Below, piece by piece: positions 1 to 13,558 of a stretch of DNA of 64,000 nt. The stretch spans positions 16,492,001 through 16,556,000 of the forward strand of contig NC_042999.1 in NCBI RefSeq assembly GCF_006345805.1. Direction: 5' to 3'. Numbering within the stretch: the stretch's first letter is position 1; each line of letters begins with the position of its first letter. The position numbers and the translations under genes were made by a program. The notes below the pieces were generated by a model that saw only the letters and a list, made by a program, of their open reading frames with translations, searched no databases and had not been told where the DNA came from. The stretch is from Octopus sinensis. Taxonomy: Eukaryota.

Positions 1-342
1 ATCAATATTTTCTGCCATTATTTGCTTATTTTTAGATCAAATTTTAAATTAAATTTTCGACTTATTAACAATGTATCATAAAAGTATCACGAACATGCGA
101 TCTATTAAATGCATGATGCAGCTAACGTTTCCTTTGTTGTAACTATTACCAGCGAAATATCATTTGAATCGACTCCATTTATAAACTTCATAATTATTTC
201 ATACCTATCCGGTGATGGTACTGAATTGTATAGACCTCGATGTAAACATAATCTTGTACGGTTTAAAATTATGAAGAATGCTTTATGCAGAATACAACGG
301 AAGTAATATTGTAGTATTTATATACAGATAATATATCGGTTT

Positions 343-754
343 TAAATTTTGGTACAAGGCTAGAAGTTGCGGTGGGAAGGACAAGTCGATTGCAGCAACT
401 ACAGGACTCAACTGTTACTTATTCTATGAACTCAAAAAGGATTTGAACTTAGAGCATAATAACGAACGAAATGACGCTAAACATTTTGCCCGGCATGCTA
501 ACGATTCTGCCAGCTCACCGCCTTAAATATAGATAACAGAATCTTTTCTACTATAGGCACAAAATATGAAATTTTGAATGAGGGCCTCTTTGATTACATC
601 AACCCAAGTGATTAACTGATACTTATTTTATCGACCCTGAAAAGATAAAAGATAAAGTCGACCTCAGCGGTATTTGAACACAGAGTATAAAGACGGACGA
701 AATGCTGCTAAGCATCTCCCCCGTCGCACTAACGTTTCTTTCAGCTGACTGCCT
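343..754 (-). mobile_element. SINE family A, two degenerate copies
   Basis: Reverse complement of head GGCGGCGAGCTGGCAGAA and core GTCGACTTT..TTTCGGGGTCGAT. Confidence 0.75.
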
Positions 755-762
755 TAAATATA

Positions 763-929
763 CTCTTTTACATGTTTCAGTCATTTGACTGTGGCCATGC
801 TGGAGCACCGCCTTTAATCGACCCCAGGACTTATTCTTTGTAAGCCTAGTACTTATTCTATCGGTCTCTTTTGCCAAACCGCAAACACACCAGCATCGGT
901 TGTCAAGCGATGTTGGAGGGACAAACACA

Positions 930-1015
<86 letters not shown>

Positions 1016-1157
1016 TACGACGAGCTTCTTTCAGTTTCCGTCTACCAAATCCACTCACAAAGTAGAAGACACTTGCCCAAGGTACCACGCAGTGTGACTG
1101 AAACCAGAACCAGGTGGTTGGTAAGCAAGTTACTTACCACACAGCCACTCTTGCGCC
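763..1157 (-). mobile_element. SINE family B (tRNA-like head, internal microsatellite, LINE-like tail)
   Basis: Reverse complement of GGCGCA.GAGTGGCTGTGTGGTAAG..(TA)(TG)..GGCGGTGCTCCAGCATGGCC.CAGTC. Confidence 0.85.
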
Positions 1158-1536
1158 TATATAGAGATAATATATAAAAATATAGGACAATGTCGGACTG
1201 AATAAATTTACTTATAATTACTGAATGATGAGAGTTCAAATCTCACAGAGATCGACCAAAAATTTAAGTTCTCTGGTGCAGGAGAAGAACAAATAAGGTT
1301 ATCTACTGAGGTGGTTTTAATTAACCCACAACCGTTCTCAACAAATTTGTGACACATTTATCAAAAGAGCCCAACGTCACCTGTGACGCGGTTTACCTCG
1401 GTAACCTGCGTCACGCATTCGATAAGCATTCTAAGTGATTAGGTACTCACAAGAGAACATAATCGACTCCTGTATTCTTTTGACCCAGCGGCACATCGAG
1501 GGTGTCACAGATGGGGAAAAACAGAGGGCGAGGGAA

Positions 1537-1591
<55 letters not shown>

Positions 1592-1679
1592 CTACAGCCC
1601 AAACCACAGCTGTACCGCAAACGACAAGGCCACGCATCTTCACGACAATGTAATACATCAATATAAACATGAGATTTCG

Positions 1680-1875
1680 GTCATTGGACTGCCGCCATGC
1701 TGGAGCACCGATTCGAAAAGTTGTAGTACTTCGATTGATTTTCCTGAATCTGATGTTTATTTTGTCTCTTTTCTGATGAACTGCTTTATAGCGGGGACGT
1801 GAACAAACCAGTATCGGATGTCACGCGGCGGGGTTGGCTGACATACACAGGCACAAGGACATATACACCACACAC
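1680..1875 (-). mobile_element. SINE family B, 3' part (diverged)
   Basis: GCCATGCTGGAGCACCG tail and downstream body. Confidence 0.6.
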
Positions 1876-2006
1876 ATTCATGCAGTTGAAGAATAATAAA
1901 TAAGAGAGAGAAAGACAGGGAAAGAGAGAAAGAGAAAGAAATAAAGAAAGAAAGAGAGAGAGAGAGAGAGAGTGAAAGAAATAGGGAAAGGTAAGTAACC
2001 TTATCA

Positions 2007-2555
2007 AAGGTCGACTTTGCCTTTCATCCTTTCGGAGTCGATAAATTAAGTACCAGTTACGTAATGGGGTCGATGCAATCGACTTTATCCCTTTGTCCGT
2101 CCTTGACTGTCCCCTCTATGTTTAGCCCCTTGTGGGCAGAAATAAGAAATGTTTAGCACGCCAGGCGAAATGCTTAGCAGTATTTCGTCTGTCTTTACAT
2201 TATGAGTTCAAATTCCGCCGAGATCGACTTTGCCTTTTATCCTTTCGGGGTCGATAAATTAAGTACCAGTTGCGTACTGGGGTCGATCTAATCGACTGGC
2301 CTCCTCCCAAATAATTTCGAGCTTTGTCCCTAGAGTAGCAAAGAATTTTTAAGGCGGCGAGCTGGCAGAATTGTTAGCACTCCGGGCGAAATGCTGAGCG
2401 GCATTTCGTCTGTCTTTATGTTCTGAGTTCAAATTCCGCCGAGGTCGACTTTGCCTTTCATCCTTTCTTCACAGTACCAGTTGCGTACTGGGGTCGATCT
2501 AATCGACCGGCACCCTCCCAAATAATTTCGAGCTTTGTGCCTAGAGTAGAAAAGA
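2007..2555 (+). mobile_element. SINE family A, three linked units
   Basis: Core GGTCGACTTTGCCTTTCATCCTTTCGG.GTCGATAAATTAAGTACCAGTT occurs three times. B-box-like GAGTTCAAATTCC. Confidence 0.9.
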
Positions 2556-2854
2556 ATATATAAATTCTAGTCAACGGCAGATTTTATTGTAAGCGCATTG
2601 ACTGTATTTAGTCTTGTCGCTCAAAGTCCGGTGTTCATATTTTATTAAAGGCAGCCATGCTTCTCAGCCCAGCTGGGCCGCTTAACTATCTGGTTGTTAA
2701 ATAATTTAGTGCACTACACTGATGTTGCAGGAATATTGGCAAAATGTCAACTGTAAAGAAGACATATTGTGTGCAAATAAATACTTTTACACGATTCATT
2801 AGTTGGCAAATAAAGAATTATATGTTGCTCTATCAACTAGTTCTTCATCGACGA

Positions 2855-3158
2855 TGTCGATGATGATGATGATGATAATGATGATGATGATGATGCTGAT
2901 GAGGAGGAGAAGGAGGAGTGGAGGAGGAGGATCAGTGACGATCATGATGATGGTTAAGATGATTAAAATGTAATTAAGTTTACTCTTCACGCTCAGTACC
3001 ATTATGATGATGATGATGTTTTTGGTGATGATGATGAAGGGGAGGGGGTGGAGGTGGATCAGTGACGATCATGATGATGGCTAAGATGATTATAATGCAA
3101 TTCTGTTTAGTCTTCACGCTCAGTGCCGTTATGATGACAATGATGATGATGATGATGT

Positions 3159-3189
<31 letters not shown>

Positions 3190-3400
3190 GATGATGATGA
3201 TTTTGATGATGATGGTGATGATGATGATGATGATGAAGAGGAGAAAGAGGAGGAGGATTAGGATCAGTGACGATCATGATGATGGTTAAGATGATTATGA
3301 TGCAATTCTGTTTACTCTTCACGCTCAGTGCCATTATGATGGCAATGATGATGATGATGTTGATGATCACCAACCTCAGCACCTTGATCATCACCATCTT
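2855..3400. repeat. (GAT)n microsatellite with three embedded copies of a ~75-bp unit
   Basis: GATCAGTGACGATCATGATGATGG..TCTTCACGCTCAGT at 2930, 3057 and 3262. Confidence 0.9.
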
Positions 3401-3527
3401 CCTCCTCCTTCTCTTTCTCCTCGTCCACCACCTCCTCAGCTTATATCCAGTGAACCATCGGCAGGATGATTTGAACGCTAAATGTTTTCATTGTCTTGCT
3501 CAAGGCAACTCATTATTTTCATAAGCG

Positions 3528-4065
3528 CAAGGGTGCCCGTGGGGTTAAAAAACTTGCCTTCCCAATCATGTTGTCTTGGGTTCAGTTTCGCCGTGCGGCA
3601 CCTTGAACTATACCCCTTCTACTGTACCCCTGGGTCGATCAAAACCTTTTGAGTGGATTTAGAAGACGAAAACTCAAAGAACCCGTATGTATGTGCCTGT
3701 GCATGTGTGTATGGAGGGTGCTTGTGTGTGTGTGTGTGTGTGTGCTTCTGTGTATGGAGGGTGCTTGTGTGTGTGTGTGTGAGCATGTGTGTGTATGTGT
3801 GTGTATGTGCATGTGAGTGTGTATGCGTGTGCGTGTGTGTGTGTAAGCATGTGTGTGTATGTGAATGTTTGTGTTGCGCCCGTCCACCACTGCTGCTTGA
3901 CAGACGCCGGTCATTTATTTACATTCCCGTAACTTAGCTTTTCAGCAAAATAAAACGATAAGAATAACAACTACATTTGTCAAAATAAGTACTAGGCTCA
4001 ATTTGTTCGACTAGAGCCTTCTAGGAGTTTCCCTAGTATGGCCGCAGTCGAACGACTGAAACAAG
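3528..4065 (+). mobile_element. SINE family B (diverged, expanded internal TG repeat)
   Basis: Head, (TG)n at 3685-3870, tail ..GTATGGCCGCAGTC..GACTGAAACAAG. Confidence 0.7.
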
Positions 4066-5454
4066 GGTGTGAAGGACTAAAGATAAAAGCTACCAAACAC
4101 AATATATCATGGTCAACGCGAAGAGCACACGCTACACACCTTCCTTCCATGCACTGCTGTAAATAGCGGCAGTGAGCTAGAAAGGTAAAACGTAGTACGT
4201 ATACGCAGCAGAGTTCAAGGTCAATCTCTGCTAAGCGGCTTTACTCTGCATGCTTTAGCTTCGTTACTATGACAACAGTCTGGCCACTTATTGATCAGAC
4301 CTCGTAATAGTACACGTGACTGGTTATAAACCGGTGAATAATTGCGTGATTGTTAATTTACTCACCCTTGAGCCAATCCATGCAGTATTGTTTCAGCTAA
4401 GGAAAAACTGACAAAGGAATGTCAGACATGCATAAAGTTTCCTCAAATATTTGTCCGATAACCTACTCTTGAGAGACGCATTAACTCTAAACACGAACAC
4501 TTGCGCGCGCGTGTGCAGCATGGCTGAATAGGCTTAAGAAGATCGATTTTCAAATCACAAGTTCCCAATTCAATCACGCCATGTGTCATTTTATAGCCTT
4601 GGGTCGATTCGTGCTTTTGAGTGAAATTGGGAAAACCGGAAATTGTACGGAAGCTCGTTGTATTACCGAGGCCAACAAAAATTTCTTTTCGTTGTTATCA
4701 AAACATTTGAACCCGAACTAGAAATATTTTAACGCACAGAATTCAAATATGATATCCATTTATACACCATCATGTCAAGATTTTGAGATACTGGATCAAT
4801 AGATTTTCATTTCAATAAAACAGGCATAACATACAAGGATACTTAAAAATTGGTTTTTCTTCAAAACTAATATGTTTTTTTAAAAATTCTACTGAAAAAC
4901 CAGTAAAAATCCCAAAAATTCTAGAAATTACATCATTGTAATTACCTAAGAATTTGCTTCTGGATGATTTTCTTGGGTGCATAATTAATCATATAATTAA
5001 AAAAAAGTCTAGCTTTGTAGCTCACTGTATCTCATTGCCCAATGATACGCGCATCTATGGAGTACTCAGCCAGTTATTCAACAATTCGGTGATGGGGTAG
5101 ATCTGTTGATCAAATAATTGAACCCCGATCGCAGGATACCCGTCTTCTTTTCTAATTATATAAACCTAGGTTTGTACCACGAATCTAACTTTCGTCTTGT
5201 CTTTACGAAGATTATATTCACAATTTGTACAGCCTCGTTTCGCACCTGGGTCGTTGAGCTCTACCATGTTACGGCCATTCGTAATTACTTAATTATAACC
5301 ATGTGGACTACTTAATTACTTTCTTAGATATATGACTAAATATATTTCCTTTCCTGCGTTTGGCATTATTCTGCACCCAGTGGCGACGCTCCAGCTCAGG
5401 CGTTCTGAAGTTGTGGAAAGGGTGGAGTTATCCCTTCATTACCATCACTCCCAG

Positions 5455-5675
5455 ATTCGCTGGCAGAATTGTTAGCATCCCGGGCGAAATGCTTAGCGGT
5501 ATTACGTCTGCCGCTACGTTCTGAGTTCAAATTCCGCCGAAGTCGACTTTGCCTTTCATCTTTTCGGGGTCGATTAAATAAGTACCAGTTACGCACTGGG
5601 ATCGATATAATCAACTCAATCCGTTTGTCTGTCCTTCTTTGTCCCCTCTGTTTAGCTCCTTGTAAAGAAATAGTT
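5455..5675 (+). mobile_element. SINE family A
   Basis: Head, core and tail A are present. Confidence 0.9.
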
Positions 5676-7037
5676 ATATCTATCAGGGTCCCATCTAAGG
5701 GTTAAAAAGATTTTTGTAAGGGTAGCTTGAACTCCGTAGCTGCAGTGGAAGCAATCAATTTAAGAGAAGGAAAATTCCAAAATTTATATCCTCAACCAAC
5801 ATGCCCTAAGCCAGTACGGAAGAGTATGGCTATTTAAACTAACATGAGGTATGTCCAATTACACAGTCACACGGAAGAGTTAATTTTCTCATGCTAGTGC
5901 ACATTCTGTCGCAGGCGGAGATAGGGAATGGTAATAATTTCTTAACGTATGTGACAGAGTAGCTTACGATTTCATTAATTAATTTACATGTCAGCGTAAA
6001 GCTGGAAATCCATGGCAGATTGAGGAAAGTGTTAGGTTAGAAAAAAGTCTTGTTGCTTTGTAACATTCTTTTAGAAGGAAAATGGTTTATTAATTGAGAA
6101 GAGGTTAAAAATGATATCGAGTCCTTGTTTTGAGGCCTGAAGAAGTTTACGCTTGAAGGATCGACAATTTAAGTACATAAGGATTATATTATCAATTATG
6201 AGGGGAGATAGTATCTTGATTAAATATATATAAAAAACGATTTAGAGCAAAGGAGAATTTGTTTCTTTCCCCATCGTGAAATGTTGCAAAGCTTTCTTTC
6301 TACTTTCTTTCTAACCTATCATATAACAGCCGTTATGCAATCAAATAAGAACAAAAACTAGAAAGAAGGAAAGCAATAGAGATAAGGAACTGTTACATGT
6401 TGCTGTTGTTGCAAATTCTTTTTTGTAGTCGCCATGAATTTGGTCTTTGATTGTATCAAACACTCAACAAAAGATAATTTTAAACCGCCGGTCTGTTTCG
6501 ATTCACAGCTCAAAAGTATTAGATTCAAGGTCTAGAATTTCTCATGAAACAAACCTGGCATGTTAATATAAAATGATTTACTGCTGTGCTTTATGTATGT
6601 TTGAAAAATGACATTTCGTACTTATCTCGAAACATGTTACTATGAACTAATGTGATAATTGTTCTCGGTCTTTTGGTTACTAAGATCAAAGTGTTGCATA
6701 TTGTTGTTACAGGGTCCGAGGTCAGCGTTGATAGAGTCAAGCTATGATCAAAGGCGTGCCAAACGTAGCCATTCCGTGTTTTATTCGGTCATGCTGTAAT
6801 TAATACATCATTATCTAACATGCCTTTCCTTTTTTTGCTAGCGCTAATGTACGATTGCAAAATTAGCTGATATTTCTCGAAGCGCTTTCATTCGCTCAAT
6901 ATGGGTTTTCTGAAGGGATATATTTATTGTTTCCGTGCGTGTACTGGCTTCAGTCATTCAACTGCATCCGTTCTAGGGCTCAGCCTTCAGTGGTTGTAGG
7001 CGATCAAATTGACATATATGTGCGCGTGTGTGTGTGT

Positions 7038-7330
7038 GAAGGTGCATGGCTCAGTGGTTAGACCCTCAAGCTTACGATCGTGAGGTTGTGAGTTCGATTT
7101 CCGGACCGGGCTGCGTGTTGTGTTCTTGAGCAGGACACTTTATTTCCCGTTGCTCCAGTTCATCAGCTGTAGAAATCAGTTGCGACATCACTGGTGCGAA
7201 GCTGTATCGGCCCCTTTTGCCTTTCCCTTGGATAACATCAGTGGTGTGGAGAGGGGAGGCTGGTATGCATGGGTGACTGCTGGCCTTCCATAAAAATCCT
7301 TGCCCGGACTTGTGTCGTGAAAGGCCTGGC
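7038..7330 (+). mobile_element. SINE family C (tRNA-derived head)
   Basis: A-box TGGCTCAGTGGTTAG and B-box GAGTTCGATTTCC, followed by non-tRNA body. Confidence 0.85.
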
Positions 7331-7961
7331 TGGAGACAATCCTGAGTTCTTTTAGAAGGTTCAGAAAAACAGGACTACTAAAGGATGTGTGTGAATATGA
7401 GAGGGGAATGTGTTGAATAGAATGATAATATATATATATTATATATCTATATATATATATATATATAACAAAGTGGAGTTGTAAGGTACCGCACGAGTGG
7501 AATTATATATGAAAGAAGGTTTGAAAATGCAATTTTAAAAGATTTTTATTTACCTGATCGGATTCACTTATTCAGAAAAAGATTGACAAAAGTAAAATGT
7601 AAAAGCTTTGTTGTGGTAGGCACTGGTTGACACAAAATATTACAATATATGTATACATTCTTTGATAAAAATAAGAACATGTTAAAAACAGCTTACAAGG
7701 GAAAATCTTGGGAAAATATAAAAACGTTTAACAAGTTCATTAAAATATTGGGCACAAAAGATTACAATATATATATACATTCTTAAGAAAATGTTAAAAA
7801 CAGTTTACAGAAAGAATTATTAAAAAGTTCAGAGGAATATTGGTATTGTATCTGTATATATATACACAGAAAATTATAAGTTCAAAAAGGTTACATTTTA
7901 GTAGTATAGTTTTAACTGACCTGATTCACCATATTGTCGTAAAAGACTATATATATATATA

Positions 7962-8331
7962 ACTTTGAATAGTGTTCACTTCCGGATTCTCTCTGTGAAA
8001 GTTTCTAGTTCGAATCACACGTGTCTCGAGATGTGCCGAAGATTTTCTATTTTGAATATATTTGGGGTACTTAGGTCTGCTCGGGACTTAGTGCTTGCTT
8101 TTTCCATGAGTATGAGTAAGTATTTCACTTATATCCCACGTATTTATCGCTGAAGAGGGAAAATTCTTATGAATTAACCCCGAAATTGGACCAATACGGT
8201 AATAACGGATTTTTTAGAAATTTCTATCGGTTTGTTTCGAGGCGCATAAATTATAATGGTTATTGACAATTTTTGTCTTTTTTTCGGCATATTTGGCATT
8301 AGAATTTTTCTTTTGCCCTTATCTTGTAAAT
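7962..8331 (+). mobile_element. Penelope-like pLTR / solo retrozyme-type unit carrying a hammerhead
   Basis: ~370-bp segment bounded by (TA)n on both sides, containing the 8144-8202 hammerhead. Its 3' part resembles 45338-45370. Confidence 0.55.
8144..8202 (+). ncRNA. Intact minimal type I hammerhead ribozyme
   Basis: TTATCG, CTGAAGA, GGG..AATTC-TTAT-GAATT..CCC, GAAA, ATTGG-A-CCAAT, A17, CGGTAA. All core nucleotides are present. AUA site at 8196/8197. Confidence 0.8.
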
Positions 8332-8526
8332 TATATATATATATATATATAACAGTTTTAATAAAATCCGAGATGGAATGTGTAATAGATTTTATATTAA
8401 TACTATTACTCCAAAGGCCACATCGAAGTTCCTGCTATAAATCTACAGATAACAACAGGTAATCGATCCTGTGCCGGTACTTTACTCATCACCAATTTAT
8501 ACATTTTGTATAATTTCTCCATTATA

Positions 8527-8757
8527 TACTTATACATATGCATAATGCATGGTGACTTTATAGAAAGAAGTCCCATAAAACTCGTCAATTTATTTAGAAA
8601 TGGAGGAGACAAGTTGTTAAAATATATAAGAAGTTTAATATATAATAAGTTGAAACTTCTAATATATTTTAACAACTTGTCTCCTCCGTTTTACAATAAA
8701 TTGATGAGTTTTATGGGACTTGTCTCCATATATTCACCATACATTATATACAAGTAT
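8527..8757. repeat. Fold-back palindrome (~100-bp arms, 16-bp spacer)
   Basis: Core arms 8568-8636 and 8653-8721 (AAGTCCCATAAAACTC..GGAGGAGACAAGTTGTTAAAATATA..AGAAGTTT) are near-perfect reverse complements. Confidence 0.85.
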
Positions 8758-8882
8758 TACTTTCATATCTTCGATAATTTACGCCTGTAAACTACCAGCA
8801 AAATAAGAAGAACCATCATTAAAAATGTCTTTTGGAAACCTCCGAAATTAAAGGACGAATCTACATTCAAGCCTTTTATACC

Positions 8883-8943
<61 letters not shown>

Positions 8944-8999
8944 ACAACACACACACTCGCACATAATATAAAACATATATATATATATCTCATATGCTT

Positions 9000-9315
9000 T
9001 TCTACTCTAGGCACAAAGCCCGAAATTTTGGCGGAGGGGCCAGTGGATTAGATCGATCCCAGTACGTAACTGGTGCTTAATTTATTGACCTTGAAAGGAT
9101 GAAATGCAAAGTCAATTTAGAGACGAAATATCGCTAAGCATTTCGGCTGATGTGCTAACGCTTCTTTTTTCTTTATTGCCCACAAGGGGCTAAACATAGA
9201 GGGGACAAACAAGGACAGAAAAAGGGATAAAGTCGATTACATCGTCTCCAGTGCGTAACTGGTACTTAATTTATCGACCTCGAAAAGTTGGAAGCCAATG
9301 TCGACATCGGCGGAA
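9000..9315 (-). mobile_element. SINE family A, dimer fragments
   Basis: Reverse-complement core with tails A and B. Confidence 0.8.
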
Positions 9316-9317
9316 TA

Positions 9318-9384
<67 letters not shown>

Positions 9385-9398
9385 TGTATGTATGTATG

Positions 9399-9451
<53 letters not shown>

Positions 9452-9655
9452 AACATACATACATATATACATTGTTTTCAAAGAAAGAATAAAAGAATTT
9501 AACTAATACTGAATACAAATTTAGCCATATATCAAAATTCTTTACTTTCAAGTATTTTTTCGTTCCGATATTTGTCATTTATAGAAGAAAATTGAAGTTA
9601 ATTTAATTTGGTTTTTCTTTAGTTTCGTGTAAGCTATGCAGGTCATATTATTTGT

Positions 9656-9721
<66 letters not shown>

Positions 9722-10118
9722 CACATTCGACAATTTATTTACTTTGGAAAAGAGTCGATGGCTGCTGCTAGAGAGCAACTAATTATATTTCGGTACGAAA
9801 AAGAAAAGACAAAAAGGTTTTTTTCTTTAATTAAAACAACATTGGTTTTTCACAGTTTTCATAAAGACGCAACGTGCTAAACTGATTCGCGAGAACTGAG
9901 AAGAATAATTACAGAATAATATTTTAAAAGTTTGTATTCAGCTCTGTTATAAAAATTGACAGATTGACAAAGTAATTTAAAGTACTTAGGATGTTGCATT
10001 AACACCAATTAAGTAAGGTTGCATGCGATGACAAGTGGTATATTTCAGAAATATATGGTAGACACATATACACGCACACACTCAGACACACACACATACA
10101 TACACATACACGCGCGTG

Positions 10119-10163
<45 letters not shown>

Positions 10164-10283
10164 ATGCATGCATATATATATATAATTAGTGTACATTTAA
10201 CACATAAGAGGTGACTTGACTTGACAGGACCCTAGCACGCTAGAAGAACCAGAAAAAATCCAATCTACGTTTAGGGGTAAGCG

Positions 10284-10352
<69 letters not shown>

Positions 10353-11099
10353 TACAAGCGAAGAGTGCAAACGCTCATCATATCAGTCAGAGTTGTATTT
10401 ATTAAGTAACACGTTGACACATTTCCTCTTGTTTCCGAAGGTTTCGTTCGCTTAAAACTCTGTCCATCTCTTCAGATACTATATATAATTACAGCATATC
10501 CACAAAACATTGGAAAAGCCAAATGATTTAGAAGACGAAGCTAAAACATTCCTTTCAAGAAATGCTGAGATTTGAAAGCTTAGACATAAAAATTAACGTT
10601 CTCAGTTTTCTTGAGAGGAATAACTGATAAGTTAAAGATAGATTCTTTTCTGTGATACGTGTACAAATTCCGAATGTTTAGTATATTTACGGAATTTTTC
10701 TAAGATTAGAATATAAACTTAGCATAGCTTGTTATTTTTTACGGCATTAAATTGTATATGTCTTATTTAAAATTATGAATATATGAATACATTTTCCTTA
10801 TTTAGAATTCCAGTCAGATTAAAGATAATGTAATTTCCTTAAGGGCAAAGATTCCTTTTCAGTTTTACGATATTCTATCACATTATGCATCGTAGTTTCC
10901 TTTAGATTAGCGAACACACGCACACACAAAGACACAAATGCACACAGAGACACACAAACACGCATGTGCATATAAATATAATTTATTCTTCTCGTTGATT
11001 TATTGAGATTGTTTCAGACGATATATGCACACAGACACACAAACATATACATACATACACACACAAACACACAGATACATAGATATAGCTACTAGCACT

Positions 11100-11375
11100 C
11101 CGCCTATTAAGATGACGGGTGCTACAGTTCATCCGAAGAACCTGCTCGTGAAATAAACTTGCAAATGTTTGAGCACTCTTCAGACATACGTACCCTTAAC
11201 ATAGTTCTCAAGGACATTCAGCGTGACACACAATGTGGCAAGGCTGTCCCTTTGAAATACGGGTATTACTCACTTTTGCCAATTGAGTAGGATGGAAGGA
11301 ATGTGATATAAAGTCTCTTGCTTAAGGACACAGTGCGCGGCCAGATATGGTGCTCATGACCTTACAATCGTGACC
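11100..11375 (-). mobile_element. SINE family C-related (diverged)
   Basis: Shares GTACCCTTAAC.TAGTTCTC..GA.ATTCAGCGTGACACA with 33060-33110. Confidence 0.7.
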
Positions 11376-11569
11376 CGCATAAGCAAACCACAAAGCCATA
11401 CAAGCACACAGAGAACATACACACACATGCACACACATACACACATACACAGAAGCTTACATACACATCTACATGGATACATTCATATATACATGCATAT
11501 ATACATATATACATATATGCGTACATACATAGATATATGTATGCATACATGAATGCACACACGTATATA

Positions 11570-11602
<33 letters not shown>

Positions 11603-11617
11603 TATATATATTACATA

Positions 11618-11950
11618 TTGGTAAGAATGGTAAGACAACAAAAGAAAGAAAGAGACCTCGATATTATGTAAATAGATGAATTTATCAGTGAATGTAATAC
11701 GTGACAATTATTCGGTAGCCAAAATATAACTCTGAGTTTCGGACGCGGAGGTGGAAATCCACCTTCAGTTATCCGGCCATCGGAAAAACGCTATGAAAAA
11801 TGACCGTTATACAAAGGGAAATTACTGTGTTATTGACCGCTATTTAGACAAAAGAGCTATTCGAATGACCGCTAATTAAGCTAAGTGGGTAAAATGTTCA
11901 TAGTATTCGCGTAAGCGCGTCTGTTCATACCTACACATGTGCGCCCGAAA
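11618..11950 (-). mobile_element. Penelope-like pLTR, same family as 45095-45304, hammerhead partly deleted
   Basis: Shares GGTAAGACAACAAAAGAAAGAAAGAGACCTCGATATTATGTAAATAG...GTGACAATTATTCGGTAGCC. Minus strand keeps CCGAAACTCAGAGT. Flanked by TA repeats. Confidence 0.6.
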
Positions 11951-12123
11951 CACAGGTGTATATATATGTATATATATAGTATATGTATATAAGAATTCTT
12001 TGCGTAATGTGATAAAAACCAAGGCTGTGTAGATATTAGAACATTTATAGATAGAAGGTAATTCATAGTTTAGATAGGATACAAAATAGAAGGTGAGGTG
12101 GAGGAAAGAAACTAGATGAAAGA

Positions 12124-12181
<58 letters not shown>

Positions 12182-12489
12182 ATTATATATATATGTGTGT
12201 GTGTGTGTGCGTGTGAATATAATAAAAAAAGGGTAATAACATAGATTACTACCAGTGGCCCAGCACAAAAGACGAATTAGTCATTAGACACAATATTATT
12301 CATATAGAAAAATATTATTCATATAGAAATATAATTAAGGGCTCCTAAATAAGGATGCTAAGTGCTAGGGACACAAAAAGGGATAAATTCATCGAGAGTG
12401 AAAATCAAAAACATTTACCATTAACGATATATCCCGGACTGATCAGTTTCTACCTCTTTCTAGCAAAACAGACATATATATATATATTA

Positions 12490-13003
12490 TAACTTGAATT
12501 CCTCTACATATAAAATAACTGGAAGAGGTATCTGGATGACTGCTTCATTCTTTGGCATGAAAGTGTAGAGAGACTTAAAGAATTCCAAGCCCTTCTGAAT
12601 GGACTTGACATAAACATTCAATCTACGATGGAATATAGCCACCAACAACTTCCATTCTTCAACATAATCATCAAGAAATCCAACAACAAAATAGAAACAG
12701 ACATCTACTATAAGCCCGCGGACTCCCAGTAATATCGTTCCATTCATGCCAGCCCAGACACACTAGAAGAAATATCCTCTTCAACCTGGCAAAACGGATT
12801 TGTACTATACAAGCACTAGGGACACACGACTATATGAGCTAAAGGATATACTCATCAGCAGGATCTGCTCACCGTCACTAATTGATATAGGCTTTCAACG
12901 TGCACTACAACTCAACAACCACGAACTCAGACACCCCTTACAACTAAAAGCTCTACCATAAATATCCACACACAACCCGCTTAACAAGGAAGCCTTCGAC
13001 ACC
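12490..13003 (+). pseudogene. Penelope-like element reverse transcriptase relic (C-terminal RT/thumb)
   Basis: Manual translation gives WKRYLDDCFILW (YLDD 12529-12540)...QSTMEYSHQQLPFFNIII...IETDIYYKPADSQ*...RRNILFNLAKRICTI, typical of PLE RT, with stops and frameshifts. Confidence 0.8.
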
Positions 13004-13383
13004 AAGCTCCAGCACATAGGTGTGTGTGAATGCGCACGTGTGGGTGTGCGTGTGCATATTTCTGTTTATGGTACCTTGTAAATAAGTACTCAGGCATTGA
13101 AATACTTATGGTCAAACCGTCGGCCACTAAAGGCACGGGAAAATGTTTTCTAGTATGTAGAATGTACTCTTTCGGGGACAAGAACATGCTTGTTAAATGG
13201 AAAAAAGAAAAATGGCGGACTTCCTTATGGATCAACACTCAATACTGCATATTGCCCTCTCAACTTTGAAGTACTCCCTTCTATCGGACTCGCAAGCGGA
13301 ACAGCCTATTCCGTCGATTTTGTAACGGTCTCGCTGAATTATAAACATACATACATACATACATACATACACACACACGCAGA

Positions 13384-13512
<129 letters not shown>

Positions 13513-13525
13513 TATATATATGTAC

Positions 13526-13557
<32 letters not shown>

Positions 13558-13558
<1 letters not shown>

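Noticed and set aside
6429-6566. Possible + strand terminal exon after a strong polypyrimidine acceptor
   Set aside because: Only ~45 codons, no compatible upstream exon found and no recognisable homology.
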